Positions 51,601-64,000 of a stretch of DNA of 64,000 nucleotides are shown here, piece by piece. Under the pieces are notes generated by a model. That model was not told the origin of the DNA, did no database searches, and was given only the letters and a program-made list of their open reading frames with translations. Where the stretch lies: assembly GCA_013115125.1 (NCBI GenBank), contig JABANN010000076.1, forward strand, positions 1 through 64,000. Reading direction: 5' to 3'. The DNA is from Perkinsus olseni (taxonomy: Eukaryota). A program made the position numbers and the translations under genes. The stretch's first letter is position 1. Every line of letters begins with the position of its first letter.

Positions 51601-52227
51601 CTCATCGTTGCAAGCTCTTGCTTTCTGCCCGGTCGATAGGTTTACGAGATATCAGGCGGAAGAGTACCGCGATTTCCCCAGTACCTATGGACTTGGGGGG
51701 ATCCCCGTTTTTAACAGCTCTCTCATTAGCCTCAACCGCGTCCAGTGCAGTACGAAAACGACGCGAACCTACCGAAGGCTCGAATGACCCCTCGAACCCA
51801 GCGAGGGTACTACGTTGCTGATTCATCTTAGCACGTGGTGCAACACCATCAACGGCCATGTAGAGCAATCGTTTGGGTTTGATACGGGAGTAAAGGTCAC
51901 TAATATACCTAACCCTACTCCTCCCCTTACTGTTAATACCACACCTTCCCCAACTCCTCCCCACATCACACCAGCCTCTACTACTTAAATACATCCATCC
52001 ATACTTCATCTTCAGGTTTGGCAACATCTGGTGTATCGCCGTGAGAACAGTGATGTATGATACCGTTCATGTCGAGGTATCTAAGGTTGAAGCATGCTCA
52101 TCACAGGTCATAAGATTCAAGTTAGGCAGTACAGACAGTCAAACTCGGGTATTTGTTCTGGTTCGATAACTTCATTGATTAGGGGATACCTCTCGGATAG
52201 CCAACGGTAAAAGCGAGGAACTCCCAT
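45661..52227 (-). CDS. XRN1: 5'-3' exoribonuclease XRN1, multi-exon
   Basis: [94 protein letters not shown] and PFQQLMSV. The long C-terminal extension favours XRN1 over XRN2. Confidence 0.9.
51503..51543. repeat. (TTCGGG)n hexamer run in an XRN1 intron
   Basis: cgttcgggttcgggttcgggttcgttcgggttcgggttcgg. Confidence 0.8.
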
Positions 52228-53256
52228 TGTACCGCTACAAAAACAACAACAGTATCAAACTGAAATTGGCACCATGCAGACGAAGCACGTGGCGGGTGAT
52301 GATGGTATCTTCAGGCTGACTGAGTCAACTTGACTCTCGCACAGGCAAGAATGGATGATCGCGAGAGATCGATTCCAAGCCGAGGAGCAGTAGTGTTGGT
52401 CGGTGGGATTGCTATGAGCCAGCTAGCGTCACAGCACTCTTTTCTTGAGGGCAATCTCATGGCAAGGTGCCCACCGTTCGAACGTGTAGGCTTCATCCTG
52501 CTTTCTGATTCATTGCTACTTCTGTCAGTGATTCGCATGAAGGACAGCTCCTCTACCTTGACTGTTTGCAGATGTCGACCTAGCCAGCCGAATCGATGAT
52601 CCCGTCGGCTTTCAAAACCCGTGGGAGTGCCCCGTTGGATCACCATAACCACTCACGCTCTACAAAGCACCGCAGTCCAGGGCGAGGGAGGTTCATCGGC
52701 GAGTCGCCTCGGCTCGCTGTGTCCTATATCCATGCTTCTTCAACTCGATATCAGCTAGAGTACTGGCAAAATGCCCTAGTGCACTTGCGCATAATGAGCC
52801 GCTCCACCGGAATTCACCTGACCTCTCTTAACTCGAACAAAACGCTGTAAAATGATGAAACATCGTTTCTAAAATATCCTGGACATGCTGAGAAGCCGCA
52901 GCTCGCTGCTAGGAAAGAGGTATCGCCGTTATCGAGATGGAAGGTCGCACATCACAAGCTTTTTCGCCCTTGACGAGATTTGCAGGATACGGATGGTGCA
53001 CTCGCGATAGGTCCTGAAAATTAAAGGAATGCGCGACAACACGGAGTTGTCATTCACAAGGTCATTGCCCAACTCGGTTAACTCGGGTAAGTTGCATGTT
53101 AAGACGCGAGAGAGCACAATAATTGCAAAGACCTCGCTACTCGGCACGAGTTGAGAATCAAAGTGCGCATGTCGCTCGCCTTGATGATCGATTTGTATGA
53201 GGTGAGCTATACAATGGCCGCAGCACGGTGGTCTCCGTAGTCACAGCCTCTCGAAG

Positions 53257-53959
53257 ATGTCTCTCCCTATTAACCAGGGCGACTTCCAGCATATCCAGCG
53301 TATTTGCAACACCAACGTCGACGGACGTGTCAAGGTTGCTTTCGCTTTGACCGCTATCAAGGTGCTACCGGGACTAGGGATTATCGACCTTCTTTCTATC
53401 ACCATTAATACTCTGCATTCTGATCGTCTCTGTGGCATATTCCTCGGCCAGTGGCAGCGTGTGTAGACTTATTGTACGATCGTCTTGCATAGTGGACTGA
53501 TGCTGCTATTTCACACCGCCCCTTGTTGTTTCTTGGATCATCTTCACTGTTGCTTCGTAGGGTATCGGCCGTCGTTTCGCCACTCTTATCTGCAAGAAGT
53601 GCGAGGTCGACACCAACAAGCGCGCCGGTGAGCTCACCCAGGAGGAGATCCAGAAGCTCGTCCAGGTAACGACAGGCCGACCCATCCTCGGCGAGTTGCT
53701 CTTACCGTTCCGTTCTCAGGTCATCACTAACCCCCAGCAGTTCCGTATCCCCCAGTGGTTCCTCAACAGACAGCACGACCCTGTCGATGGTACCTACTCT
53801 CAGAAGTACTCCAATCTTTTGGATGCTTCCAAGCGTGAGGATTTGGAGCGTATGAAGAAGATGCGTCTTCACAGAGGTCTCCGTCACTACTGGGGCATCA
53901 GAGTCCGCGGTCAGCACACCAAGACCTCCGGTCGTGGTGGTGTTCATGCCGACGACTAA
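53257..53959 (+). CDS. RPS18: 40S ribosomal protein S18 (uS13), 3 coding exons
   Basis: [32 protein letters not shown]...KRAGELT-...IPQWFLNRQ...[31 protein letters not shown]; introns 53362-53560 and ~53666-53719. Confidence 0.97.
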
Positions 53960-54149
53960 GCAGCAGCGTCTCCTAATAACGGCGGTTATTACACTAATGA
54001 TTGCTGCTTTTGGTTGAGAGGTCTACTCTTCGAAGGCTTTGTACTCCGCTGGCACTTCACCATCTTGCGTTAATAGTAGTTACCATGATCATCGTCATTC
54101 GCGGTGGTATCTTTCTTCGTACTGAGTGACTCACAGTGTATCATGTCCA

Positions 54150-56207
54150 ATGCCTGCACTAAGAGGATGGCATAATAAGAGGCGGTCTAGGAAGAGCTCG
54201 ACATCTGGGTGTGGGGCGCGTGAGGTGATTCTGGAACACTGTTTTGGGAAGTGGCAGCCGTTCTCTTACAGGGATGCTCGCCGCGGGTCTTCGCCTCCGC
54301 TATCCTGCTTTTAATGACGCTCTATTCGTTGACGAAAATGGGTGAATTTACCACACCCCATCATTATGGAGCATCCAAAGCAGCGGACCCAGCGGCAGCG
54401 TCTAGCCCTCAAACGACAGGTCGTAGCGGTCCGGCTTCCTCCTCTCCGTTGCCCTCGGAGTTGGAGTCCATTCGTACCATATCGTCTGGAGAGATAACGC
54501 GTCTAATACAACGAGTAAAGGCTGGTGCTGGGCGTGCCAATATCCGTGTGATTGATCTTCCGGCGGAGTTTGATCCCGAGAGGCTGGTCCAGAAGTACCA
54601 GGAGTGCTCGGAGTGGCAATGGAGCAATGAATATAGAGTACCTGGCAGAGGTACCCTGCTGCGGGGTGGTTTTACCCTTCTCAGTTCCCGAGAGACATTC
54701 GACGTAGAGTGAGGAACTCTGTGGACGCTGACTGGTGTCTGGTACCGTTCATGGCCAAGTGCTGGTTCAACAAAGTCGCCAAATACCGAGTGGAGGAGAT
54801 GGCGAAAGCTGCATCTAAGGTGCTGCTGGGGACAGTGAGGTCCTCTAGCACGGACAAGCGGCCATCTCAGGCACATCCAGTCTAGTCAGGTTGTACGGTT
54901 CATCCGAGACGACCCCGAGCTTCACGAGGCTTGTCCGCCTAGGAAACAGGTATTCTCATAGATTGTCACCTCCAATTCTAGCGAGTGCAACAGGTGTGGA
55001 TCTTCGCGTCGGGAGTAGGCCCCACCATGCTGGGTCCCAACTGGAGTGGTATCATCTCCGGTGATGAAACGGTTCTTCTCCTCGCTGAAGGTCAGACGAC
55101 GTCCTTGACGTCTTGGCTCGGTTTAGCGAGGTCTCAGGCGATCAGCTCGGCGGGTTTTACAACGGCAGCAAAGACATCATAATCCCTGCAACGCCAAAGA
55201 TAAGGACGCCATACAACGGCGAGCGAAGGAACCTATTGGCCCTCTTCCGTGGCTCGAGCGACTTACAACTCCGCGATGCTGATGGGCGTGAGGTCCGCCG
55301 CCAGAATGTTCTGAGACAGGCCCTGCTCGAGAATCTCAGCGGAGCGTAGGTCATTATTATCGAACAAGCTGTGGAGGCAGAGCCTTCAACAAGAGACGCG
55401 CTCCAATGCATGCTCCTTTACGAGAGACCCTTACCTCGTGCGGGTAGCGTGCTGTCAACTTTTGTGTAGCACAGAGTGATTTATGGCGGCCTGCTGATAT
55501 GCAGAAACTGCCTTTGTAGCCGCCGACTTCTTCCCTGATGGGCACACTTGTGGACGATGGGGGATGCTTTGTGGCTCAGGGCAACCGACGTGGTGGTCGG
55601 CGCCTTTTCCCCGTCCTACGATGCCGAGATGAAAGACTCGATATTCTGTTTCATACCTCGCGGCAATACCCCATGGACGAGACGAATCTTCGACGCCATT
55701 GTCTCCGGCTGCATCCCCGTGGTGAGTCCCCATCGCTGGCATAAGTACAACCTCCGCTGTGCGTAGCAGGTTCTCTCTAACGCCATAGTTTTCCCGTTCG
55801 AGTCCTTACTGGATTGGTCGTTATTTACCATCAAACTACCGGAAAGCTACGTCATCACCAAACCGAAGGAAATCATCGACCTACTGCGCCGCATAGCGCG
55901 AGATCCTCGTCTCCTTTCCCCGCTACAGGACAACCTTCGCGCCGTGTCGCCAATGCTGACGGGACAAAATGGGGAAGAGGGCGCCCTCACTCCGCTAGAA
56001 GGCGTGCTCTATGCTCTCACGGAAACGGGAAGAGCGTTGTCGAGTGAGGAGGAAAGATCGATGAATACGGCTACGACTTTCTGGTCACCCCTCACTGGCA
56101 CCTGGGTAGAGCGAGGCAACGCTGGGAGGCAGGTCGGGCCGAGTTTCCACGCTGGGGCTGTACCCCATCCACAGGCTTCCATGTTGTGGTCGGATGATGC
56201 TTCTTGA
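54150..56207 (+). CDS. Exostosin/GT47-family glycosyltransferase (type II membrane), multi-exon
   Basis: N-terminal TM (VFASAILLLMTLYSL), KDIIIP, LALFRG, and MKDSIFCFIPRGNTPWTRRIFDAIVSGCIPVV-LSNAIVFPFESLLDWSLFTI. Confidence 0.85.
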
Positions 56208-56604
56208 TGCAGCCTCGCGAGAGTTGAGTTGAATTAGTCACACCAGACGATGATCAATGAAAGCGCCCCGAGACTCGGCTGTACTCCATTACTCAACACC
56301 CCACAGGTCAACAAAAGTATGGTAAATGTCGACGGGCCACGAGGGTCCGGTGTACAAGATGAACAGTGAATGCTATAAGGCTCTGTTATTGATACAGGAA
56401 TTGGTACACTTATTTGGAATGCTACTTTTTACCACTGACAATTGTGGCGATAGTGGTGGCAAACGCCGTGTCTTTTGAGGGTACGGTATCTGAATGTCGC
56501 GCCTTCAGCAATAGATCACACGACGCCGCAACGCACTCGCTGCCGTTCGCATGCCAAAGGGCTCACCGATGAGATCCGCTCCCGCCTATCTTTTGGGCTC
56601 CACT

Positions 56605-58089
56605 TTAGTAGGCATCTTTTTCCACGTACGGTTTAGTAGGCAAACTCAACTTGGCTGCCATGATACTTTGGCGAGGCGGTCGTTCGTCATCACCCCCTTC
56701 GGAAGGCGTATAAAACTCAGGACAACTCAGCAACTGTAGCGCTTTGTCGCAATCATACCTGTCGGCACGTGGAGCGGATGCCAACACTAGCCGACTCACT
56801 TCGCTAAGTGCAGAACTCCCAGTGCCATATCAGCCGAGAACGGTGCACGATACTCCACCGAAACTTCACCGCGGGGGCTACGAAGGCGACTGAAAAGAAC
56901 GGCATCAAAACGGCGGTAATGCGCCTGCTTGTGTCACCTCGAACGTCTTGAGCCACCATTGATGTCGTCCATGAGCCGTGGCGGCCCGGCACTCCCCTCG
57001 GTGTGGACAATTGCCTGCGCAGGCCAGTCGCTCTCGGCTGCCTCTAGAAACTCATCGATGTCATCTGTTGTGAGTCCGTTAGCCTCGGCCAACTTCGGAT
57101 TCCAAACCTGATCCCTCGGGTTGACGAAGGAAAAGAGGCCAACACGTGCGTCCTTACACATTTCGGCCGCGCTGCTGGATGGCCACGCTTCCATCCACCG
57201 GTGGGTTGACACCAGAGCTTGGGGATATTAGGCGCTTGGTAGTCAGGACCCACAGGGACACTCTTGTTGCCTGTGGTGGCCAGCCTATACGCTTCCTGCC
57301 TCCGCTTCCGACACCGGCCACACGAATAGGAAACACCTGGGCATAAGACACGATGAAGAATTTGAGAACCGATGGGATTGCAGCGTGACCTCGTATCCCG
57401 AGCGCCTCTCGTGTCTCCAGGCCATTCGGTCTGAGGTCTCCACATTCGACATGGTAAACCCGATCGCAAGTGGGGCACCGAGCTCCCGGGGCGAGCTCCT
57501 CTCTCTGCTCACGCGTCTCTCCATCAGAAGAGGTCGGGCCTGAAGTGGCGAGAGGGGATCCAGACGGCGCGTACCAGCAGCGAAGGTGAACTGAGAGAAC
57601 GGAGCTCAGGTTAGCCCGCGAACTCACATCCCGCTGCGGTTCTAACCGCGCCTGGTGTTATGCAACCGTTCGACACAGGGTCATCGGACAAGTTGTTCCT
57701 CTCGCTCCGCCTCCGCTTTCTTTCCCCGGTGACGGCCAGGGTTCGACGCCGCTGAAAGTGGATGTTGGTTCTCATGGGACCGACACCGCGTCACAGCCGG
57801 GTGTCCCCGGTTGCCCCTATTCTCGCCCATTCTCGCCGTGCAGGCGAAGAATGCCACTCAATCAACGATAGCTCAGCCTCGATAAGCTACTTACTCTCAT
57901 GGGTGCTACTTCGCCACCGCACAGCGCGCACGGAGAGTGGGGCTCGGACTTAGCCGAAAGAGGGCTAGATAGCGGGAGAGGCGGCCCAGAGTATACAGAT
58001 CCTCTCAGAGTTTCAGACGGTGTCGTCGGGCTCGATGCACTAGCTTGCCCGATGCTCTCGTCACCAACCTTCGACGACCCCGATGCCAT
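56605..58089 (-). CDS. Probable chromatin protein with a partial PHD-like Cys/His motif and an ELM2-like domain; boundaries approximate
   Basis: CALC and CPTCDRVYHVEC; VPVGPDYQAPNIP, QVWNP, DDIDEFL and YDCDKALQLL resemble ELM2. Confidence 0.55.
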
Positions 58090-59248
58090 TTGTGTGGAAA
58101 CCTGAATCGGAGACGTGGAAAACTCGCCCAGGAACGCCACCCCGTCTCAGCCGTCGTTTGCGCTAAAGGCGCACACGAAGAGGATTAGGGCGACTACGGC
58201 GTGACCGGGTGAAGTCAGCCTCCAGACAGTCTTATGAGCCATTCTCAGGCTCGTGGAGAGGAGGTGCGGGGGCAGTATCGAGTTCAATCAAGAGAACTGC
58301 CGCCCTTCGGCGACCATCCTCGGAAATGTACGCGCACGAGGAAAGGTGTTTTTACTCGCACTTGGGAAAGGGCGGATAGAGGGGGTCTTCGCGCCTTGAA
58401 GAAGTGACCGAGCAGCGGTGGAGCGGCACCTCGAAAGTCCTTACTGGTAGCGGAGAACAGAGCAATGCCCGGGCCTAATCCAAGCTGTACTAGTACGACA
58501 ATACCTGTTCGGCACGCGCGTCACACACTGTGCACGCGTGTGACAACCGAAGGTGGCGAGCACGAGTAGGAGCTCCACAGCGGTTTGACCAGTCCGCGAT
58601 TCGTAGTAACGAACCATTTCGAGGCACGATAGACGGAGAGGTTGTGCACGGATGAGTGGCGGGAACCTTCAGCATCACAGAGCAGCCCTGGACGAGGGTG
58701 CCGTGAATCGATCAGCTGTCCCCCAAGGGAATAGCGCGCAACTTGCGCAAACCAGGGAAATCGAGTGCGACTGCTCTCGTGTCACAGCCTGTAGGGTCTC
58801 CGTCAGCAGACCCTCGCCTTCTGAGGGCAGTTATAATGTAAGGTCGGCAATAAGTAAGGTTCCACTCGGTCCCAATCGGCTCAAGTGGCTCCAAACTTGT
58901 CCTCCTGGATCCAAGAGACAGTTGCCAGAGATGTGTAAAAGCGGCGTCACCCGGGCGCGTCATACTCGAGTTGTCTGAAGCAAAGCTCATTCTCTCGCCG
59001 GCGTCCTGTCGTGCACAGCGGTCGAACATTCGCTGTATCCCTCTGGGTATACTCCGTCGAACAGAGTCAGGTTCGGCCCCTCTGATGGAGCGGATCGGGC
59101 TGGTGGAAGGCGTACCTCGCTATTGATTCACTTGGTTCTTGTGTTCATTCACATACTCGGATCGCAAGAACCCAACAACACCGATGATAACACGGATAAA
59201 ACTCAGAAGAGATGATGCGCAATATCAAACGGAGTGCTCGACAACTGT

Positions 59249-60744
59249 TCACTCGAGACCTTCTGCGACACCCTTGAAAGACAGGCCACGCTGGATCAGC
59301 TCCACCCAGTATCCGTCGGGGTCCAGCACGAAGGCAATGTTGCGCATCGCACCCTCGTTGGGCTTCTTGTGGAAAGGGACGCCCTGTAAGACATGCACAA
59401 AACTCACACACTGCCCAGACAATGCACGCACAGAAGGTGACAGAGCCTGTCGGTGGCGGATTAGCCGCGCGGGTCGCTCGACGCGTGAGAGATGGAATAC
59501 TCACCTGTGTCTCGAGATCAGCGCAGAACTTGTCTAGGTCATCAACTAGGAACGCAGTGTGGCCGAATCCCTTTGGAGCTGTGTTGCCGTTGTGATACCT
59601 AATGGGTATGCTGGTCAGACTAAGGCGGCCGCCTTGGCCATTCAATAGGTAACCTACTTGCCACCACTCGGCGGGTCCTGGTTGTGAGTAAGCTCGATAA
59701 CGGGTTGCCACAAGCTGTTGACGAAATCCTTAGACTCCGCAGATTCCGGCGGAGGAGCCCGAGCCTTCTGCTCTGGGGTCAAGGTGGCCAGGAAGTAGAG
59801 GGAGAAGTCACCATGATCCGAGCACCTGAGAGAAATACCTTAACACGCAGGCATTTCGAGCCGGAACTCACCTGACGATCTGCATACCCAGCTGATCGAC
59901 ATAGAACTTGAGACTTTTCTCAGCATCCACAACACGCAACATGGTCTGGGCCAAGCTAGTCCCATGAAGCGCCGCTCCGCCCTTAGTGCGGGCAAGGACC
60001 TCGATCCAGTATCTGGCGAGGAATATCATCAGAACAATGGTGAGCTGATAATCTTTCGCATACCCGTCAGGATCAGTTGCGAAGGCCACGTCGTGCATCC
60101 TTCCCTGCGACGGAAGCTTCCTGAAGTGAACGCCCTCCTTCTGCAGCGCCTCGCAAGACGCCTCCAGATCATCACCTACACCGCGATAGCATCACAGCCA
60201 GTAGCGCAGGAGTAACACTGGACATCCCATACGACCAAGTCACGTGGTCGACTCACTTTCGATATGGAAGGCGATGTGGCCGAATCCTCGGTGGGGCTCC
60301 TCGTTGCCATTATTTGCCTTCCAATCCGCCGGATCATCCCAGCTGTGAGTCAGCTCCAAATAATTATCTGAAAACCGCTTTGGTAAAACGATCTCAGTCA
60401 ACCGCAGCTGACAGCCCTAATAAGACGTAGATCCACCCGAGGCCCGTCAGGGCCGCGCTACCGGGCATCGTCCATATGTATTTCTCGCTCTCTAGAGTGC
60501 CCACTGTGGTCGGTAACTTGCTAATAGTCTCTGGTCTCGGCGTCTCAAGGAAGTAGAGAGAGAACTTCCACTGGGGAAAGTCGTACCTTCAAGAGAGTGG
60601 TGAGGCTAGACGATACCACGACGGTTGTTGTCACTTGTGAATCAGCTTCATTCCGAAGTGTTTACTGTAGAAGTCCACGGTTGCCTTAGGGTCCTTGACT
60701 CTAAGCATGGTGTGTTGGAACTGGCTGTGCAGCTTCTGGCACAT
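59249..60744 (-). CDS. Glyoxalase I (lactoylglutathione lyase), fused two-domain type, multi-exon
   Basis: Two copies of the Glo1 motif set. First: [33 protein letters not shown]. Second: [44 protein letters not shown]. Confidence 0.9.
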
Positions 60745-61711
60745 GCTCTCTGCCGTAGGGCCGACCCTCCCGGCTCTGGACTCTATCACACGGGACCAAC
60801 TAAATGCCATGAATGCAATAACAACAAACTAACCTCGACTGAATGAACAGCGACTAATGACAGAGAATAATACAGTATGAGAGTCACATCGAGCCCATCG
60901 CGGGAGAGCCGTAGAATTCACAACAGATGAGGAAAAGGAATCTTCAGCTCCAGATCGAGCCATCATCACTACAATGGTTGGTGGCATTTCAATCATGAGT
61001 GCAGTTATGCTGAGTGACCATGGGGCAAACACCGTCACCACGTGACGCATCGAGAGAATCTTGACTTTGACACAGTCGTAGCTTACTTTGATGGGCTAAC
61101 AGGGACAGCTACACAGTTATGTCACAGCCATTTGTCCCGAACTGAACGCGAACCCACATACCAATGCAAATTCTTCTTTCATGATGTGTACCAGAGGATC
61201 AACCAGCATCTTTACGAGCACCTTGAACTCCACTGAATTGTGAGCGCTCTGTCCCTCGCCCGACGGGCCCCCAAAGTCACTAACACAAGGCTTGTTGTCT
61301 CACGACAACCAATCACATGCATTCATGACTGCGGGCAGATGCCCAAGAGTGACTCGTGCAAGCGCTATCAACCTCGTTACATAACAAACGTGTAAGGAGG
61401 CATCGTCACTACCATCGATCACTCTGATAGCAGCTTGCCCGGACACGAAAGCCGAGTGGCGTTCCGAGGGAACCCAGCGGGGCGACGATTATCTTTATCA
61501 TGGTTAAAAATAATAGGGATGACTCGAAAGCTGCTGCGTTGTTGTTGTGAAGCTAGTACTACTCACAGGGCAAATCATTAGGAGTTCTTTATGCTTTATT
61601 CTGGTATAGGTGATGATGATCTACTACAACTAGTACTGGAAAAAAGGGGGGTTATTATTGTGGCGGTTTGTACAACGATTATTTTAAAATTAAGTCACAG
61701 TATGATGCTCA

Positions 61712-64000
61712 TCAATCATCTTCCGAGCTGCTACCAACGAGCGCCACCGCGGCCCTCTTTGACGTCATGATGGTACTGTCCAAGATGCTCTGCGTCCGTC
61801 TCCAAAAGAAATTGCAGCGACTCAGGGGTCCACCCGCACTCAGCCACCGACTCGGGTAACATAGGGACACCGTCCGCAGAGAGGAGGTCCACGGGCATCG
61901 ACTCAGAAGCCGCCGGCGCATCGAAGAAGGATTGAGGGGAACTGCAAGAGGCCGTTCCAGTAGCTGTCGATGATGAGGCGCCGATGATGAATGGATCGTC
62001 GGGGTCGGCCAGTTCGCTTAGTAACCTCTCCTCAAAGCTGGTGAGGGCGAGCTCCATCGAGGCACATGATCGTAACTGAGACAAGGAGGGGACATAACGA
62101 TAGCAACAACGGTGGGTCGTCTGAAGCCCAAATGCCTTGAAACAGTCACGCATCAGCAAGAAGAGAAATCGCAAAACCTTCTCGGGAGGTAACACGGCTG
62201 TCACCACCACCTACAATAGATTTTATCTGCTCCTCCCCTAGAGTGTCGAGGTTCTGTAGTATCCTGGCGCAGGCCGAGAGGAGGAAGCCACCATTGTTCG
62301 GCTTCGACTTCATCCCTAGACTGGCCATCAAGTTGAACAGTTGCACCTACGCCGAATAAGTCCTCGCCAGCTCACTGAACACCGACGACCCCTACGATTT
62401 TTTCCAACGACACTTCTTCCAGCTTGGCCACTGTCGAGAGTTTGAGCGCGGCAGCCTGCATGAGAGCATCCACTCGCTGGGACGCTGCCTCATAGTCGAG
62501 CAGACCGGAAGACGAGCTAGGTAGGGGCTCATGCGACCCGGAAGGCGGAGCTTTCACGCCCTCCTGAAAATCACGGCATCTCGCTACAGAAGCCTAGCGG
62601 TAGGGGACGGTTACCTGTGCGAAGCCTTGCATCACAGTGCTGATCTCATCCACCCGGACTGCAGCGAGATTGTCAAGAACATACCTGGCAGTGGCAGAGG
62701 CCCTGGCATGTGAGACGAGCGGATGGTCGAGTCTCACCTGCTGGTGGTCATGAGCATCGGCAGGTTGGTGTAACCAAGACTGTGCATTGGACGAAGAATC
62801 TTTGAGATGAGGAACTTTCCGTATTTATGGGGCGCCAGTGCCACATCAGCAGCAACCGCCTGAGAAGTGACAAACAAAAATCACCCTCAAAAAAGGCGGA
62901 GCGAAGCAGACAAATATTGCGCATCTTACATCCATCAGGTGACCGCAGGGATAGTTGAGCTTGGCCAGTGAACACATAACATTGCCAACGCCCTGGCCGT
63001 CGTAGCGAGGCATCATCGCTGCGACGCAGGAGCATATCTCTTGCAGCAACTCCTCATTGTAACTGCGGACCACCAGCTGCCATATTCGCGAAAGACGCGG
63101 CGGCCGGCGCACTGACCAGTTGAGACGTCCGTAGGCGTAGAGGAGGTTGGAGAGCTCCTGGGGTTTGAACGTGCATAGAGTGTTCGCCACCTTGCCTGCC
63201 ACTAGCTCCATCAACTCTCTATCACAGTAACCAACTCTGGACAGGCCATAAAGCATGTTGGAGAAATTCTGGGGGCGGAAGTGGCTGAGAGGAGGAAGGC
63301 AATGAAGAAAGCAGCTCGGGGAGCATTTGGCGAAGATGTGGTATCCAAAATTTGGACGCTTATTGACGCGCATCATTCTGACGCTACTCGTGAGGCGGGG
63401 GGGGGCTCACTCTAGTCTGGTCTTGGCGGCCTCCACGATAGCCTGTACGACATCCTTCTCCTCAACCATCTGCAGCTTGCCTATCGCCCAACATATGTTG
63501 GACAGAGACTGGCAGCTGGATGTCGGGGCCAACTGCCAAGACACCCATCACCCCCGGCGAGAGATCTCATTGCTCGTTACCTCAATAGCCCTCTGAAGGA
63601 TCTGCTTCACTCGGGCGTCCCTCGCGAGGGCCCTTTGACTCTGCTCTTGGTTCTGGGTAATGCTGGCCAAGCGGTGTATCAGAGTTGACACGTTAACCGA
63701 GTTCAGCTCGTTGAGGTGCATGTCGACGATGAGGAGGAGGCTGTTCACGGACCTGAGCCACGGCAGCAATAACTCTGTCAGCGACAGTAGCGGCAGGAGC
63801 TCACCGTGAGTTGGCGGCGGCGAGGATGTTCCGCTGTATTTCGAACTCATTGGCGGTGGGCTGCTGCTGACAATGATTGCGGTAACCTCCAGCGACCTCT
63901 TGCTGCTGCGGCGGCGGTGGCTGCCTGGTGTGACCGCTGCTCGAGTTTGCCTGACAACAGCAGGAACATGGGCTTCCCCTTACCATGGCAACGCCGGCAC
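61712..64000 (-). CDS. Helical-repeat OPR/HPR-like (RAP-associated) organellar RNA-binding-like protein; 5' end may lie outside the window
   Basis: Repeats QSLSNICWAIGKL, FRPQNFSNMLYGLSRVG, FKPQELSNLLYAYGRLN and YDGQGVGNVMCSLAKLN, plus LNSVNVSTLIHRLA. Confidence 0.7.

Noticed and set aside
52851..52892. ATGATGA...CTGA as a C/D snoRNA
   Set aside because: Only ~40 nt long, with no terminal stem or recognisable guide sequence
41696..60744. ALDH plus glyoxalase I as an aldehyde-detoxification cluster
   Set aside because: They are ~15 kb apart and separated by unrelated housekeeping genes

Overview
Gene-dense eukaryotic DNA with many short (~40-90 nt) GT-AG introns. Gene content and architecture suggest a Perkinsus-like alveolate (inference). 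From left to right: the 3' part of a large Thr-stalk/coiled-coil gene; a CobW/COG0523 metallochaperone GTPase; three paralogous class I (Fe-S) fumarate hydratases, with an assembly gap, a 31-bp minisatellite and a CKK-domain (CAMSAP-like) gene between copies 2 and 3; a Cys-rich, probably GPI-anchored surface protein; a polycystin-2-like channel with a 263-bp hAT-type MITE at its 5' end; a CMGC kinase; gamma-SNAP; a REX1-like exonuclease; ALDH; XRN1; RPS18; a GT47 glycosyltransferase; a PHD/ELM2-like protein; a two-domain glyoxalase I; and a partial OPR/HPR-like repeat protein. No CRISPR array or other convincingly new multi-gene system is visible. The best leads are the hAT MITE, the mosaic fumarase triplet, a tRNA-like relic overlapping the kinase stop codon, and several structured non-coding segments. 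Gene boundaries were read by eye and are approximate where stated.
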